A stretch of 64,000 nt of DNA from Gracilinanus agilis (taxonomy: Eukaryota): contig NC_058131.1 in NCBI RefSeq assembly GCF_016433145.1, positions 401,769,938 to 401,833,937 of the forward strand, in the 5' to 3' direction. Each line of letters begins with the position of its first letter. Position 1 is the stretch's first letter. Below, piece after piece: positions 1 to 11,389 of this stretch. The notes beneath the pieces were generated by a model. The model was not told where the DNA came from. It did not search any database and worked only from the letters and a program-made list of their open reading frames with translations. Position numbers and translations under genes: made by a program.

Positions 1-94
1 CTTTCAATATTGCTTTAAACGAACCTTTTCTTTTAAAAGAACTCCTTGTTTGCCTCAAATAATTCTGCTCCTGACATAATTCTTTTTTCTGACA

Positions 95-310
95 CAATTC
101 TTTTTTAATTTTAGTTTTAAAACATTTTCCCATGTTTCCATGATTCATTTTCTTTCCCTTCCCCCTCCCAAAGCTGGCAACTAATTCCACTGGGTTGTAC
201 AAATATTATCACTTGATATTATTTCATATTATTCATTTTTGCAATAGAGTGATTTTTAAAAGCCTAAACCCCAAATCACATACCCATACATACATGTGAT
301 AAGTGATGCC
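95..310 (-). mobile_element. LINE-1 3' UTR/poly(A) fragment (marsupial L1)
   Basis: T-rich run followed by aacattttcccatg..catgattc..aattccactgggtt, the same 3'-end pattern as the L1 copies at 30061 and 52157. Boundaries approximate. Confidence 0.65.
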
Positions 311-1169
311 TGACATAATTCTTACAGAACCTTATTTAGCTTTTGTACTCAACCACCATCATCTTCCCCTGTTTCTTTTTCTGTTACTTCTTTTAAAATA
401 ATCTAAACCTTAAAGTCCTAAAACACTCAAATTTCTGTGTTCCCTGAGAAAACATGGTCTTCTTTTTAGACAACACTCTCTTTTTACTTCTAGGAATTAT
501 TTCTCTTTGTGTCTTCAGAATTGTATTCATTAGAATTTTTTTATGATCCCGGGGTGATTTCCCATTTAGAATTGTAGCCAAGTTCTTAAATGTGAAAGGC
601 ATATTCAAATAATATATCTCGCATTTACTAAATGCAGAATTCAAGGAACATTTGCCAATATGAACATAATATAATCCTTTTTAATTAGATAGTATTTGAA
701 CAAGGATGGCCTTGTATCTGTTTTTTCCCCAAGGCAAAGTGATTCAATAAGTTCTTAAACTATCATCCTGGCAAGTAACTTTATTTGAAGCTGGAAACAT
801 CATTGAACCTTCTTCCCATTTATATGTAGCTTCATCATGATCAGATTACATTGAAAAGTAGGTTTCACCTGACATAGAAATCATAGGTATTTAGAGCAGA
901 AAAATATAAAGTCCAAATAATTCAACTCCATTTTCCAAGCAAGGAAAGTGAGCTGAAAAGAAGAGAAAATGACAGAATTGGATCCTCTAACTCTTATTTC
1001 ACTGCTCTTCCCACAACATCTATATTCTTTTCAATATTTTTATCAACATGGATTAAGAAGCAAAGTCATGCTTATTGTTTTTCAGATGATAAAACTCTAC
1101 AGATGATCATTAATAATGAGTGAGAATTTTTATCATATCTTAACCTGTATAAAGTACATTAATGCATTA

Positions 1170-1365
1170 TTTCATATGCTCTTCACAACTACCTTGAGGA
1201 ATATGTACAAGATGTGGAAGAATCTGTATTTTAAATCTGAGAAAACTGAAGCTTAGATAAGTTTAGTGGTTACACATCTAGTAAGTATGAGAGATTGGAT
1301 TTGAATCCGTATTTCTCCTAACTATAAATGTGACACACTCTTCACCATGACTTACTGCCTCTTAG
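1170..1365 (-). mobile_element. MIR-like SINE remnant
   Basis: cttcacaactaccttgagg ... ctgagaaaactgaagcttag ... ggatttgaatcc resembles the reverse complement of the MIR core. Confidence 0.5.
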
Positions 1366-1677
1366 TTAATATGCTAGCACTTAAACAGCAAATTAGGACT
1401 AACAGTATTTCAACAAACTGGAAAGATGAACAAAAACTTATTAATACTATCCCCAATTGATAACTTTGTGGGGTTATTTAACTTGTTACCAAAATGCTTG
1501 AAGTTTTATGTAGTCCAAATAGAAATGATGCAAAGAGGATTCTTGCATTGCTAAATTATAGCTAAGGTAATGTAAAATATCTAAAAAGTCATAAGCAAGT
1601 CTAGAATTGAAAAACCACTCTTAATATATAAGAAATATCAGGTCCAGAACAAATATATAAGGATAAGGCAAGCTTAC

Positions 1678-4101
1678 CTGAATGAATGATGGATTCTCTT
1701 TATAGAGAACTGACTCATCAGATATTAATAAAGTTTCCTTTTTCTCAGAGCTCTGTTGCATGATTGAATTATTTGTATAGTTAGGCTGATTGAATACCAC
1801 CTGGCTTTTTCTAGAGTCTGTGGTGACAGAAACCTCATGAGAATATGATTGCAGAAAATCTCTTACTCCATCTATGCCCATAACCTCTGAGGCTGGGATA
1901 TCTTGAAAATGCCCACTGCTGGATTCTAATATCTTAGAGGTCTGCCACTGGTAAAGCCTTTGGGCCAATAAAACAATAATGAAGAAAAAAAAGAGGCAGG
2001 ATACTGAAGCCACTGCAATGACCAGATAGAGGGTGAGATAAGAGTCTTTGGGGGGCTCTGAGGATGCCAGGCTGCTGAGATCAGAAAGGACCTCAGGAAT
2101 TGTGTCAGCGACTGCCACTGTGACACTGACAGTGGCAGAGAGAGGAGGATCTCCATTATCTGTGACTGCCACCACAAGATTCTGCTTGAGGGTATCTTTG
2201 TCCATGAAGGCTCTGGCTGTTCTGATCTCCCCTGAAAGGAGGCCCATGGAGAAGAGTCCAGGATCTGTTGCCTTGATCAGGCGGTAGGACAGCCAGGCAT
2301 TCTGGCCAGAGTCTGCATCCACTGCCACGACCTTGGTCACCAGGTAGCCTGGTTCTGCGGAGCGTGGGGCCAGCTCCACTCCAGTAGAACCATCGGTAGG
2401 TAAGGTTGGGTATAATATTTCTGGGGTGTTGTCATTCTGATCCAGGATGAAAAGAGTGAGAGACACATTGCTACTGAGAGGAGGGTTCCCAGAATCCCTG
2501 GCTGTCACTCCTAGCTTCAGTTCTCGTAACTGTTCATAATCGAAGGAACGAAGTGCATAGAGGACACCAGTTTCAGAGTTAATGGAAACATAGGAGGAGA
2601 GGGGTGCACCATGTACTGAGTCATCTGTAATGGAGTAAGAGACATGACCATTTTCCTCACTATCAGAGTCTCGGGCTGTCAGAGAGTAAATGGAAGTTCC
2701 CCTAGGATTGTTCTCCATGATATAGGCTGAGTAAGATGTCTGGAGGAAGGCTGGGGGGTTGTCGTTGGTATCTTCTAAGTGCAGGGAGATGTAAATGTTA
2801 GTTGACAGAGGGGGATTTCCCCCATCTGTGGCTGTCACGGTGACGTTATACCTGTCGACTTGCTCCCGATCCAGGGTTCTGTCGGTTACCAAACTATAAT
2901 AATTTCCATAGGACTTTTCGAGTTTGAAAGGCAGATGTTCTGGGATGGAGCACGTGACTTGGCTATTCTCCCTAGAGTCTCTGTCGTGCACATTGAAAAG
3001 CGCAACTATGGACCCGGCAGAAGAATTTTCAGAGATTGAACTGGTGACAGAGGTGACGGTGACATCGGGAGCATTGTCATTTACATCCAATACTGTGATT
3101 AGAACTTTAGCTCTGTCCAGAAGTCCAGGACCATCACGGGCTTCTATATCTATGTCATAGAAACTAGATTCCTCATAATCTAGATTTTCCAGTACTATTA
3201 TATCACCAGTTAGAGAATCCAATCTGAATACTCGAGAAGTTTTTTTGGTTATTTTCCTAAAAAAATAATTTATCTTTCCATTGATTCCCTCGTCGGGATC
3301 AGTGGCATTCACTGTGAGCAGCCAGGTTCCCACTGGCACATTTTCAGGAACATTCACAGTATACAAGGATTGAGTAAAAATCGGAGAGTTGTCATTTGCA
3401 TCAAGGACAGTCACACTAATGTTCATGGTGTCAGAGCGCACCGGATCTCCCCCATCTGAGGCTATGAGGGTGAGATGGTGAACAGGCTTCTCCTCGCGAT
3501 CAAGAGCCCGCTCCAGCACCAGCTCCGGGTACTTGGCCTCATCGATTCCTCTCTTCACATGCAGGGAGAAATAATGGTTCTGGCTCAGCTGGTAGTTCTT
3601 GAGGGAATTAACCCCGACATCCGGATCAAAAGCCTCAGGAAGAAGAAACCTTGTTCCTGGTGCTTCCTTTTCAATTATTTTTATTTCAGTCTCCTTTGTC
3701 TCAAATCGGGGAGAGTTATCATTAACATCAATTATTTCCACTTCAACTCCATAAATTTTCACTTTGTCTTCTAGCAGAATGTCTATGTTTACAGTGCACC
3801 CGGAAGCTTTCCCACACAGCTCCTCCCTGTCTATTCTGTCCGCGGTAACTAAGGCGCCGCTTTTGACATTCAAAGCAAAATACTGCGTCTTACCTCTTGA
3901 GACAATACGGACTCCACCGTCTAACAGTGTTTGAGGTTCCAGTCCTAGGTCCTTTTCGATGTCGCCTACGAAAAAGCCCTTCTCTGTCTCCTCGGGAACG
4001 GAGTAGTGGATCTGTCCTGATCCAACCTTCCACAGCGTCGCCAGGAGAAAACAAAGCAGGACTTTCCCAATGCAATTCCGGTGCAACTTATGAGACGCCA
4101 T
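1678..4101 (-). CDS. PCDHGA: Protocadherin gamma-A type variable exon, intact (signal peptide, EC1-EC6, TM, variable cytoplasmic region)
   Basis: ORF 1621..4101 has six cadherin repeats (DRE, DxNDNxP), the gamma-A EC6/TM pattern and YSHEVS. Phase-0 donor CAG/GTAAGC ends the exon at 1678 (2424 nt, 808 codons); the ORF beyond it is intronic read-through. Confidence 0.95.
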
Positions 4102-4304
4102 TGCTCTCTCGCTAAGAAATTTTCTGTATCTGTTCAGTCTCTTCGTCCGGATGAACTCTTATGTCCCCTGAGAAGTGAGTAACAGCACTTGCCAGAATCT
4201 CAGCTGATCTGTCCAGCCCCTGAAAGCGAGCAAGCTTCTGGGGCTTTGTGTAGTTTAAACCGGAGAACGAAGGACTGAAGTTCTCACTGCATTTCTCATT
4301 TTCC

Positions 4305-4348
4305 CTGATTGGTAAACAGCGGCGCCCTGAGGCCTAACGAATTACTAC
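4305..4348 (-). promoter_or_regulatory. Pcdh promoter conserved sequence element (CSE, CGCT box/CTCF site) with adjacent CCAAT
   Basis: Plus strand ctgattggtaaacagcggcgccctgaggc...aattac, about 215 bp upstream of ATG 4101. The same motif recurs upstream of the other exons. Confidence 0.85.
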
Positions 4349-5443
4349 ACCACTTCTGAGTTAAATTTGCACATTTCATACAAAAAGTTTTTGTTTCTGG
4401 TATTTCCCATTTTTTGAGACAATGAGTCATGAAAGACTTCCTGACTTCCTTTTTTCCATAGTAATATATATTTTTAAAATTTTTAAAGCTGGGCAAGAGA
4501 TGCCAACTTCACATTTCCATTTCTATTCGTCCAATTTCCCTTATTCCTTATCATCAGGCTGAATGTAAGCCTACTGCAATTCCCAAAGTTCCCTTCCTTT
4601 CTACGATGCCGCCCTCCCATCCTCTCCTCCACACCCACAGTGTTCTTACAGAAGAAATTTCTAGAAGGTGAAGTCCAAAATCATTATGCTTCATGAACTA
4701 GAGAATGAATGATTTACAGATGAATTTTTATGACCTCTATCAAATGAATCCTGAGTTTAGAATCACCAACTAAACTGGAGACGTTTTCATTGTTATATCC
4801 ATGTTGTATACTCAGAAAACTATTTTTTATATTGAATGACTACAGTACTGTTATTAAATTCTTCTACAGGAGCATTTTTCCAACCATAATTGGATATGTG
4901 AATGTCTGCAAGCATTTTTTTTAAGATACAAAAGAACTAGATATTAGAAAATGGCAAACAAGCATACAGATTTCCATTTTAATCATGCTACATTTGAACC
5001 CAGCTTTTTCTGATTTAATTTCCAGACCAACAATTTATTCCTTGTAGCAAGTTACTTCCAGTGCCTCAACAGTTTAGGTACCAAGATAATTTTCTTTTTT
5101 TTTTTTTTTCATTCTGACTTGTGGTTTCATTGGTAAAGGAGCGAGAAAATTCTCTTTACGCATGTAGAAAGATATATGAAATATTAACTAACTTGCACAG
5201 AGTCACACAGGCAGGATATTATAATATATCAGATCTTTCTCGGTTCCAAGGCCAGTCTTCAATCTATTATAATATCTTGTTACCCCCCCCCCAAAATACT
5301 GTCTAGTACCAGAGGAAAATTAATGTTATGGAAATCAAGGAAAACCCAAACTACACACTTATAGTATTTAAGTTAGAAGAAACCATACGGAATTGAGATA
5401 CGGGACAAAAAGATAAAAATTAAAAGGCGACAGAAAAACTTAC

Positions 5444-7814
5444 GTGAGAAGAAATGAGAAAATCAGAAATTATTTTGGATTCCCCGGTACTGTTATTCAG
5501 GCCACTGGAACTATCATTAAAGAGGAGATCTTGTGGAGTAGACATATCTCCAGTCAATTTGAGAAAATTATATTCCATTTTCCCCAATTGGGAGGCCACA
5601 CACAGATTATAAGAATATGGTAAAGTACCCTCGCTGTAGTTTGGGATTCTTCCAGGTGAAGGATGAGAGCAAAGATCTGTCCGAAAACAACCTAATACCT
5701 TGGAACTGGAGGATTTTCGAAGGCACAGGACAGTAGCCAGTATGACGCTGAACAGGAACAATATGGAAATTAAAGCTAAAGCTACTATAAGGTAAAATTG
5801 TAGTTCAGACTGAGGGTCTGGTATCTCTGAGTGCTCCTCCTTCATCTCTGGCAAAGCCTCCTGCACACTGTCTGCAAAGATCAGATGAAGAGTCACAGTG
5901 GCTGAGAGAGGGGGCTGGCCTCCATCCTGCACAGAGATTAGCAGGCGGTGCCGAGCAGAGTCTCGGTCAGCCAAAGCTCGCGCTGTCCTAACCTCTCCGG
6001 TGCGTAGTCCCAGGCTGAAGAGCCCCGGATCTGTGGCCTGCAGCACGCGGTAGGCCAGCCAGGCATTGTGTCCTGAGTCAGAGTCCACAGCCACCACCTT
6101 GGTGACCAGATAGCCGGTTTCGGCTGATCGAGGAACGGTGTCAAAGAGGGCTGAGCCTTCAGCTTCCAAAGCCGGATAGAGGATAATTGGGGCATTGTCA
6201 TTTCGATCTACTATGAACACTCGTAGGGTGACATTGTCGCAGAGGGCAGGGGAGCCAGCGTCACAGGCTTGCAGCATCAGTTCGAAGGTGCTGACCTGCT
6301 CATAGTCGAAAGAGCGCTGAGCGAAGATTTCCCCACTGGGGACGCTGACCGACACATAGGAGGAGAGAGGCAGAGGGGCCAGGTCACTGCTGACAACGGA
6401 GTAGGATAAGCGACCGTTTTGCTCCAGGTCTGGGTCCACTGCCGAGACACAGGAAATAGATGCACCTGAAGGATTGTTCTCGGGAACATAAGCCACATAG
6501 GAAGGTTGGAGGAAAACGGGGGCGTTGTCATTGACGTCTGCTATATGCAGAATGAAGGTTTTATTGGTGGATAGAGGAGGGATTCCTTTGTCAGTGGCAA
6601 TCACAGTGATGTTATACTCCGGGGTCTGCTCACGGTCCAGAGCTCCGTCTGTCAGCACCTTGTAGAAATTCTTAGAAGAGGATTCTAACTGAAAGGGGAT
6701 ATTTCCTTGAAGATAACAGATAACCTCGCCATTTTCTCCTGAGTCTCTGTCACGGATTTTCAGAAACGCAACTACAGTGCCAGATTCGGAATTTTCTAGA
6801 ACTGGACTGAACACAGATGCCACAGTCATTTCGGGAGCACAATCATTTTCATCGAGAATGCCTATGTGGATTTTGCAATGTGTTGCTAGATCTCCAAAGT
6901 CTTTTGCCTCTATGCTTAGTGTATAACTATTCGTTTTCTCGAAGTCCAAATTATCCTTAGTCGTGATCTCTCCTGTCTTTTCATCCAAGTCGAATAAGAG
7001 TTTCACATCCTGGGCTGTATTTTGGAAGGAAAAAGTAATTTCCGAATTGACTCCCTCATCCTGGTCAGTGGCTGTCACACGCAATACCGAGGAGCCTGGT
7101 GGCAGGTTCTCGCTCACACTGATTCTGTAGACCTGCTGACTGAAAACCGGGGGGTTATCATTGGCATCCACTACATTGATTCTGATCTGAGCTGTGCCAT
7201 TTAGGGCTGGCTGCCCACCGTCCAGGGCCATCAAGACCAAATGATGTGAACTCTGTTGTTCCCTATCTAGAGATTTTTTCAACATCAATTCAGGGTATTT
7301 ATTGCCATCTGGACTCTGCTTCACTGTTAAATCGAAGAAACTGTTTGGTTCAAGGTAATATCTTTGCAGAGAATTAGTCCCAACATCTGAATCCACAGCG
7401 GGGTCTAGAGGAAAGGACGTACCTACTTGAATGGATTCTGAGATCTTTAAATGTATATGAGACTGTTCGAATAACGGAGCGTTATCGTTAATATCTAGCA
7501 CGATCACTGTTATATGGAAAATATTGAGTGGATTTTCGACAACCGTTTCGAAATCAAGCGAGCACATAAGCTTCCTTCCACACATTTCCTCTCGGTCTAT
7601 TCTGCTGCTCACCAGCAAGTCTCCGCTCTCTGAGCTGATACTAAAGTATTCCCTCTCTGCGCTAACTCGCAGCTTTCTAACTGGCAAGTCCTGTACCTTT
7701 AGTCCCAAATCCTTGGCGAGGTTGCCCACCACTGACCCTTTTGCCATCTCCTCTGGAATGGAGTAGCGGATCTGCTCCGAAAACGCGCAATAGAACAAAG
7801 ACACAAAGAAGGAG
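5444..7814 (-). CDS. PCDHGB: Protocadherin gamma-B type variable exon, missing about 18 N-terminal codons at an assembly gap
   Basis: Begins immediately after the N at 7815 with SFFVSLFYCAFSEQIRYSIPEEMAKGS, which aligns to the signal peptide of the gamma-B at 13807. Six EC repeats, TM and EGTLPYSYNL tail are open. Phase-0 donor CAC/GTAAGT ends the exon at 5444. Confidence 0.88.
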
Positions 7815-7815
7815 N
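7815..7815. other. Single-N assembly gap joining two different genes
   Basis: n at 7815. Right flank is the end of gamma-A EC3 (DVNDNAP); left flank is a gamma-B signal peptide. Confidence 0.85.
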
Positions 7816-8851
7816 CGGGAGCGTTGTCATTCACATCCAGTATTGTGACTAGAACTTTGGCTCTGTCCAGAAGTCCAGCCCCATCTTGAGCTTCAATATC
7901 TATATCATAGAAATTGCATTCTTCATAATCTAGGTTTCCCAATACTGTTATATCCCCAGTCAAAGAATTCAGTTCGAATAGTTGCGAGGTTTTCTCGGTA
8001 ATTTTCCGGAAATAATAAGAAACATCCCCATTCATTCCTTCATCCGGGTCTGTGGCATTCACCCTGAGCAGACACGTACCCACTGGCACATTCTCAGGAA
8101 CACTCACGCTGTATTGGAACTGAGTAAACACCGGAGCATTGTCATTTGCATCAAGGACAATCACTAGGATGAGCACAGTGGCAGAACGAGATGGATTTCC
8201 TCCGTCAGAGGCAGTGAGGGTAAGGTGATGAATGGATATCTCTTCCCTGTCCAGGGTCTGTTCCAGCACCATCTCAGGATACTTGGCATCATCTCTTCCG
8301 GTTTGTACGTGCAGAGAGAAGTGATGGTTCGGGCTTAGTCTGTATTTCTGCACTGAATTCACTCCCACGTCTAGATCAAAGGCTTCCGGAAGGGGAAATT
8401 TTTTTCCTGGCAGTGTGTTTTCTCTGATTTTAATTTCCCTTTCTTCTGTTCCAAAGCTGGGGATGTTATCATTAACATCAATTATTTCCACTTCTACTTC
8501 ATAAATTTTCACTTTGTCTTCTAGTAGAATCTCTGTCTTTACAGTGCACACAGATGCCTTCCCACACAGCTCCTCCCTATCTATTCTGTCCGCTGTAACT
8601 AAGCTGCCGCTTTTTACATTCAGAGCAAAATATTGTTTTTTACCTCTGGAGACTATGCGGGCTCCGCGCTCCGACAGCTTGTGCGGCTCCAGCCCAAGGT
8701 CCTTGGCGATGTCGCCCACAAAAGATCCCTTCTCCATCTCCTCGGGCATCGAGTAGCGGATCTGCCCGGACCCGACATCCCACAGGGTCCCTAAGAGAAA
8801 GCAAAGCAGCACTCGCCCTCTGTTGCTGGAGAATCTCTGCCGACCAGCCAT
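7816..8851 (-). CDS. PCDHGA: Protocadherin gamma-A type variable exon, 5' part (signal peptide, EC1-EC3), truncated by gap
   Basis: [24 protein letters not shown] signal peptide starts at ATG 8851; the ORF-track start at 8938 is an upstream in-frame extension. Three open EC repeats closely resemble the gene at 4101. Confidence 0.88.
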
Positions 8852-9070
8852 TGTTATCTTGCTGCAGTTATTTCTTCTTTTTACTCTTGTAGCAGTTCTG
8901 TCTGGATCAACTCTTGGGCCTTCCGCATTCATCACCACTTAATTAGCTTGGGAAGTTTGCTGGCCGATTCTGTTCCACAGATTCTTGTGTCTGTAGCGTT
9001 TTCTTTGTGCTCCTGAGCAATCCTTGGCTCTGTGGGTTGGAAGCCGGAAGGAATTGCTGGATTTCTCTCC

Positions 9071-9110
9071 CTGATTAGTGAACAGCGGCACCCAGAGTCC
9101 GAAACAATTT
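9071..9110 (-). promoter_or_regulatory. Pcdh promoter CSE
   Basis: ctgattagtgaacagcggcacccagagtcc, about 230 bp upstream of ATG 8851. Confidence 0.85.
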
Positions 9111-9350
9111 TTGCATCATCGGGCAAAGCATGGAAACTACGGCTTGCATTTCAATTAAAACATATCTAATATACATCTACTTTAGTTTTTGTGAGAGTTA
9201 CAGAAAGCACTGGTCCAAAGTAGGGGTTCCTTACAGATATTTCATATTTTGTGTCATTTTATCATATTCGAAATAAATAATTTCTTTTACTATTTTTCAA
9301 AATAGTGAAAAGTGTTCATGCTCCCTTTCCAGTTTCTTTACTGTATCCTA

Positions 9351-10417
9351 TGTTGCCATCCTGAATCTCCAGGTCCTACATTAGCCTTTTAGCAATTTCC
9401 AAGATATAAAATGAACTATTTCTCTTCCCTACTTAATTTGGAGAAGCATTTAGGTCAAGGAGAGAGCAGGTCACTCAGGCTTTGTGAACTCTCTTGCTGA
9501 CTTGTTACAACTGTTGACCCCCTGAATTATTCTAAACTGTTGGTCATTCAATGAAAATAGAAGTTACTTAATGGTTACCTACAGCTATGTGTTATCCATT
9601 AATAAAGATGTTGGTTTTTTTTAAATAATGTAGAAGCTACAGTACATCCCATGTAAGATCTGAGGACTCTATCTCACCTTATCCTCCTTTGAAGAATTCG
9701 GCCCTCTGAATTTGGCTGTATCTCTTCCTCAGCATTCTAAGAGTAACCTTAGGCAAACAGGGAAATTGATAATCCCATTTTCTAAAGTTCCTTGCCAGTG
9801 TGCTTTCCCTCAAGTTTTTCAGTTGCTAATTAATTTAGTCATCCAGTCCTAAGTAGCTTTCAGAAAGTTTTTTTTTAAACTAAGGTAATACATTAGCCTG
9901 CATAGTTGGTGCAACACCCCCTCCCCCAATCTTTGAACTACTTTCCTACAAGGATATACAGATTCCAGGGCAAAGGGTGTTCAAGCTCCTTTTTCTCATT
10001 CCTAGGATGCTCAATAATTTTCCCTTAGGCATAGTGTTTTGTGTTGTTTTTGTTTTTTGCTAGGATACTTGTATAGTGAGCGAATGATTCCAGTCTTTGT
10101 TTGGCTCCCGATATAAACATTGGATTCATTTGGTTGGGTATGCTATTTACTGCATGAATACTTTGAAGGTTCAAAGACCTTCAGGGAAGGGGACAGAAGG
10201 GAGGAAGGGAAGAGGTATACCTAAACAAGGTCAAAGTTAAGGCATTTCTACACCTACGCCTCCCGAACCATTTCTACTTAGACATGTGCCGTAAATCCAT
10301 ACTTGCTTCATTTACTGTAGTTTCTCTCTCTTCTCTATCCTTGAAAATTAATAGCTGATTCCTGGAGGAGTCACCAAGTTTCCCAAACTATTGAAAAAGA
10401 GTTCCTTTCTGGTGTCA
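9351..10417. mobile_element. Possible ERV LTR-like element
   Basis: Block bounded by TG...CA (tgttgcca / tggtgtca) with an internal aataaa and LTR-like composition. No target-site duplication found. Confidence 0.3.
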
Positions 10418-11389
10418 TTTCACTTCATCTAATGGCTTTAAATAATTTTTTCACATATTTGTAAGGTCTTTTCATTTATTGATTCATCAGTGTTCATATC
10501 TAGAATGAATGGGGTGAGGTAGTTTCAACTCCACTCTTACAGTAGTAACAATATTTCTACATGCATCAATGGACTATCGAACTACTGAAAGATGGAAAAC
10601 TCTGAATTGATCAGTTTTGCATAATTGATATTAGTAATCATGATAACCTCTGTATGCAGGAAACAAGATTTTTTCACATCAAAGATCTGTGCATGGGGAA
10701 ATGCATTCATGTATGCAGAATTATTGGAATCTGGGATTTTGAATTAAGATATAGTAGGTACATTTCATGAATATTTTAATCAATGTCTCTAATTTGGACA
10801 AAGGCAATGCTTTGAGCAGAACATAAATAATTAGCAATTTATTCATTTGCCTTAGCAACTTAGTGATCATTATTTATGCAATAGCTTGATTTATAGATCC
10901 CATTAGCCCTTTAAACTACAACTAAGTTTTTCAAACAAGGAGCATATTTTTTAAATTAGTATGATAGAAAAAAAACCCTTTCTTAAAAAAAGCTTTACTA
11001 ACTGATGATTGTCAGTATCATTTTGCTTACTTAAAACCATGAAATAATCTGGTTGGAAAGTGCATATTTCTCATTTGATGATTCCAATAACTTAATTTCA
11101 TGGCAAATGTCAATGACCAAATATAAATAAAAGATTATGGAAGTTTATAGAAACTTTTTACTTTATACCCCAAATTGAGAAAGTATCACCAACTGGAATC
11201 AAGATATTTCAAGTATACATATTATTTGTTTACCAAGATAATGCTGTCTGATAAATTAGAGGAGATAGACAATATGAAAACAAAACCACAAATACTGAGA
11301 AATATAAGTTTAAGAATGAATGCGCAATGGAGTTGTTGCACAAAAAGGAAAAACAAAATAAAACAAACCAAGAGATTGCAAAAACTTAC

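Noticed and set aside
5420-8938. 1172-aa nine-cadherin-repeat protocadherin as a real gene
   Set aside because: The junction is a single N, joins gamma-A EC3 to the middle of a gamma-B signal peptide and omits the B promoter. The first 29 codons are upstream extension and the last 7 are intronic.
11222-11389. Hydrophobic C-terminal extensions of the ORFs past the donors (also 1621-1677 and 55689-55790) as second TM segments
   Set aside because: They are read-through into T-rich intron after phase-0 GT donors that match the Pcdh-gamma exon boundary.
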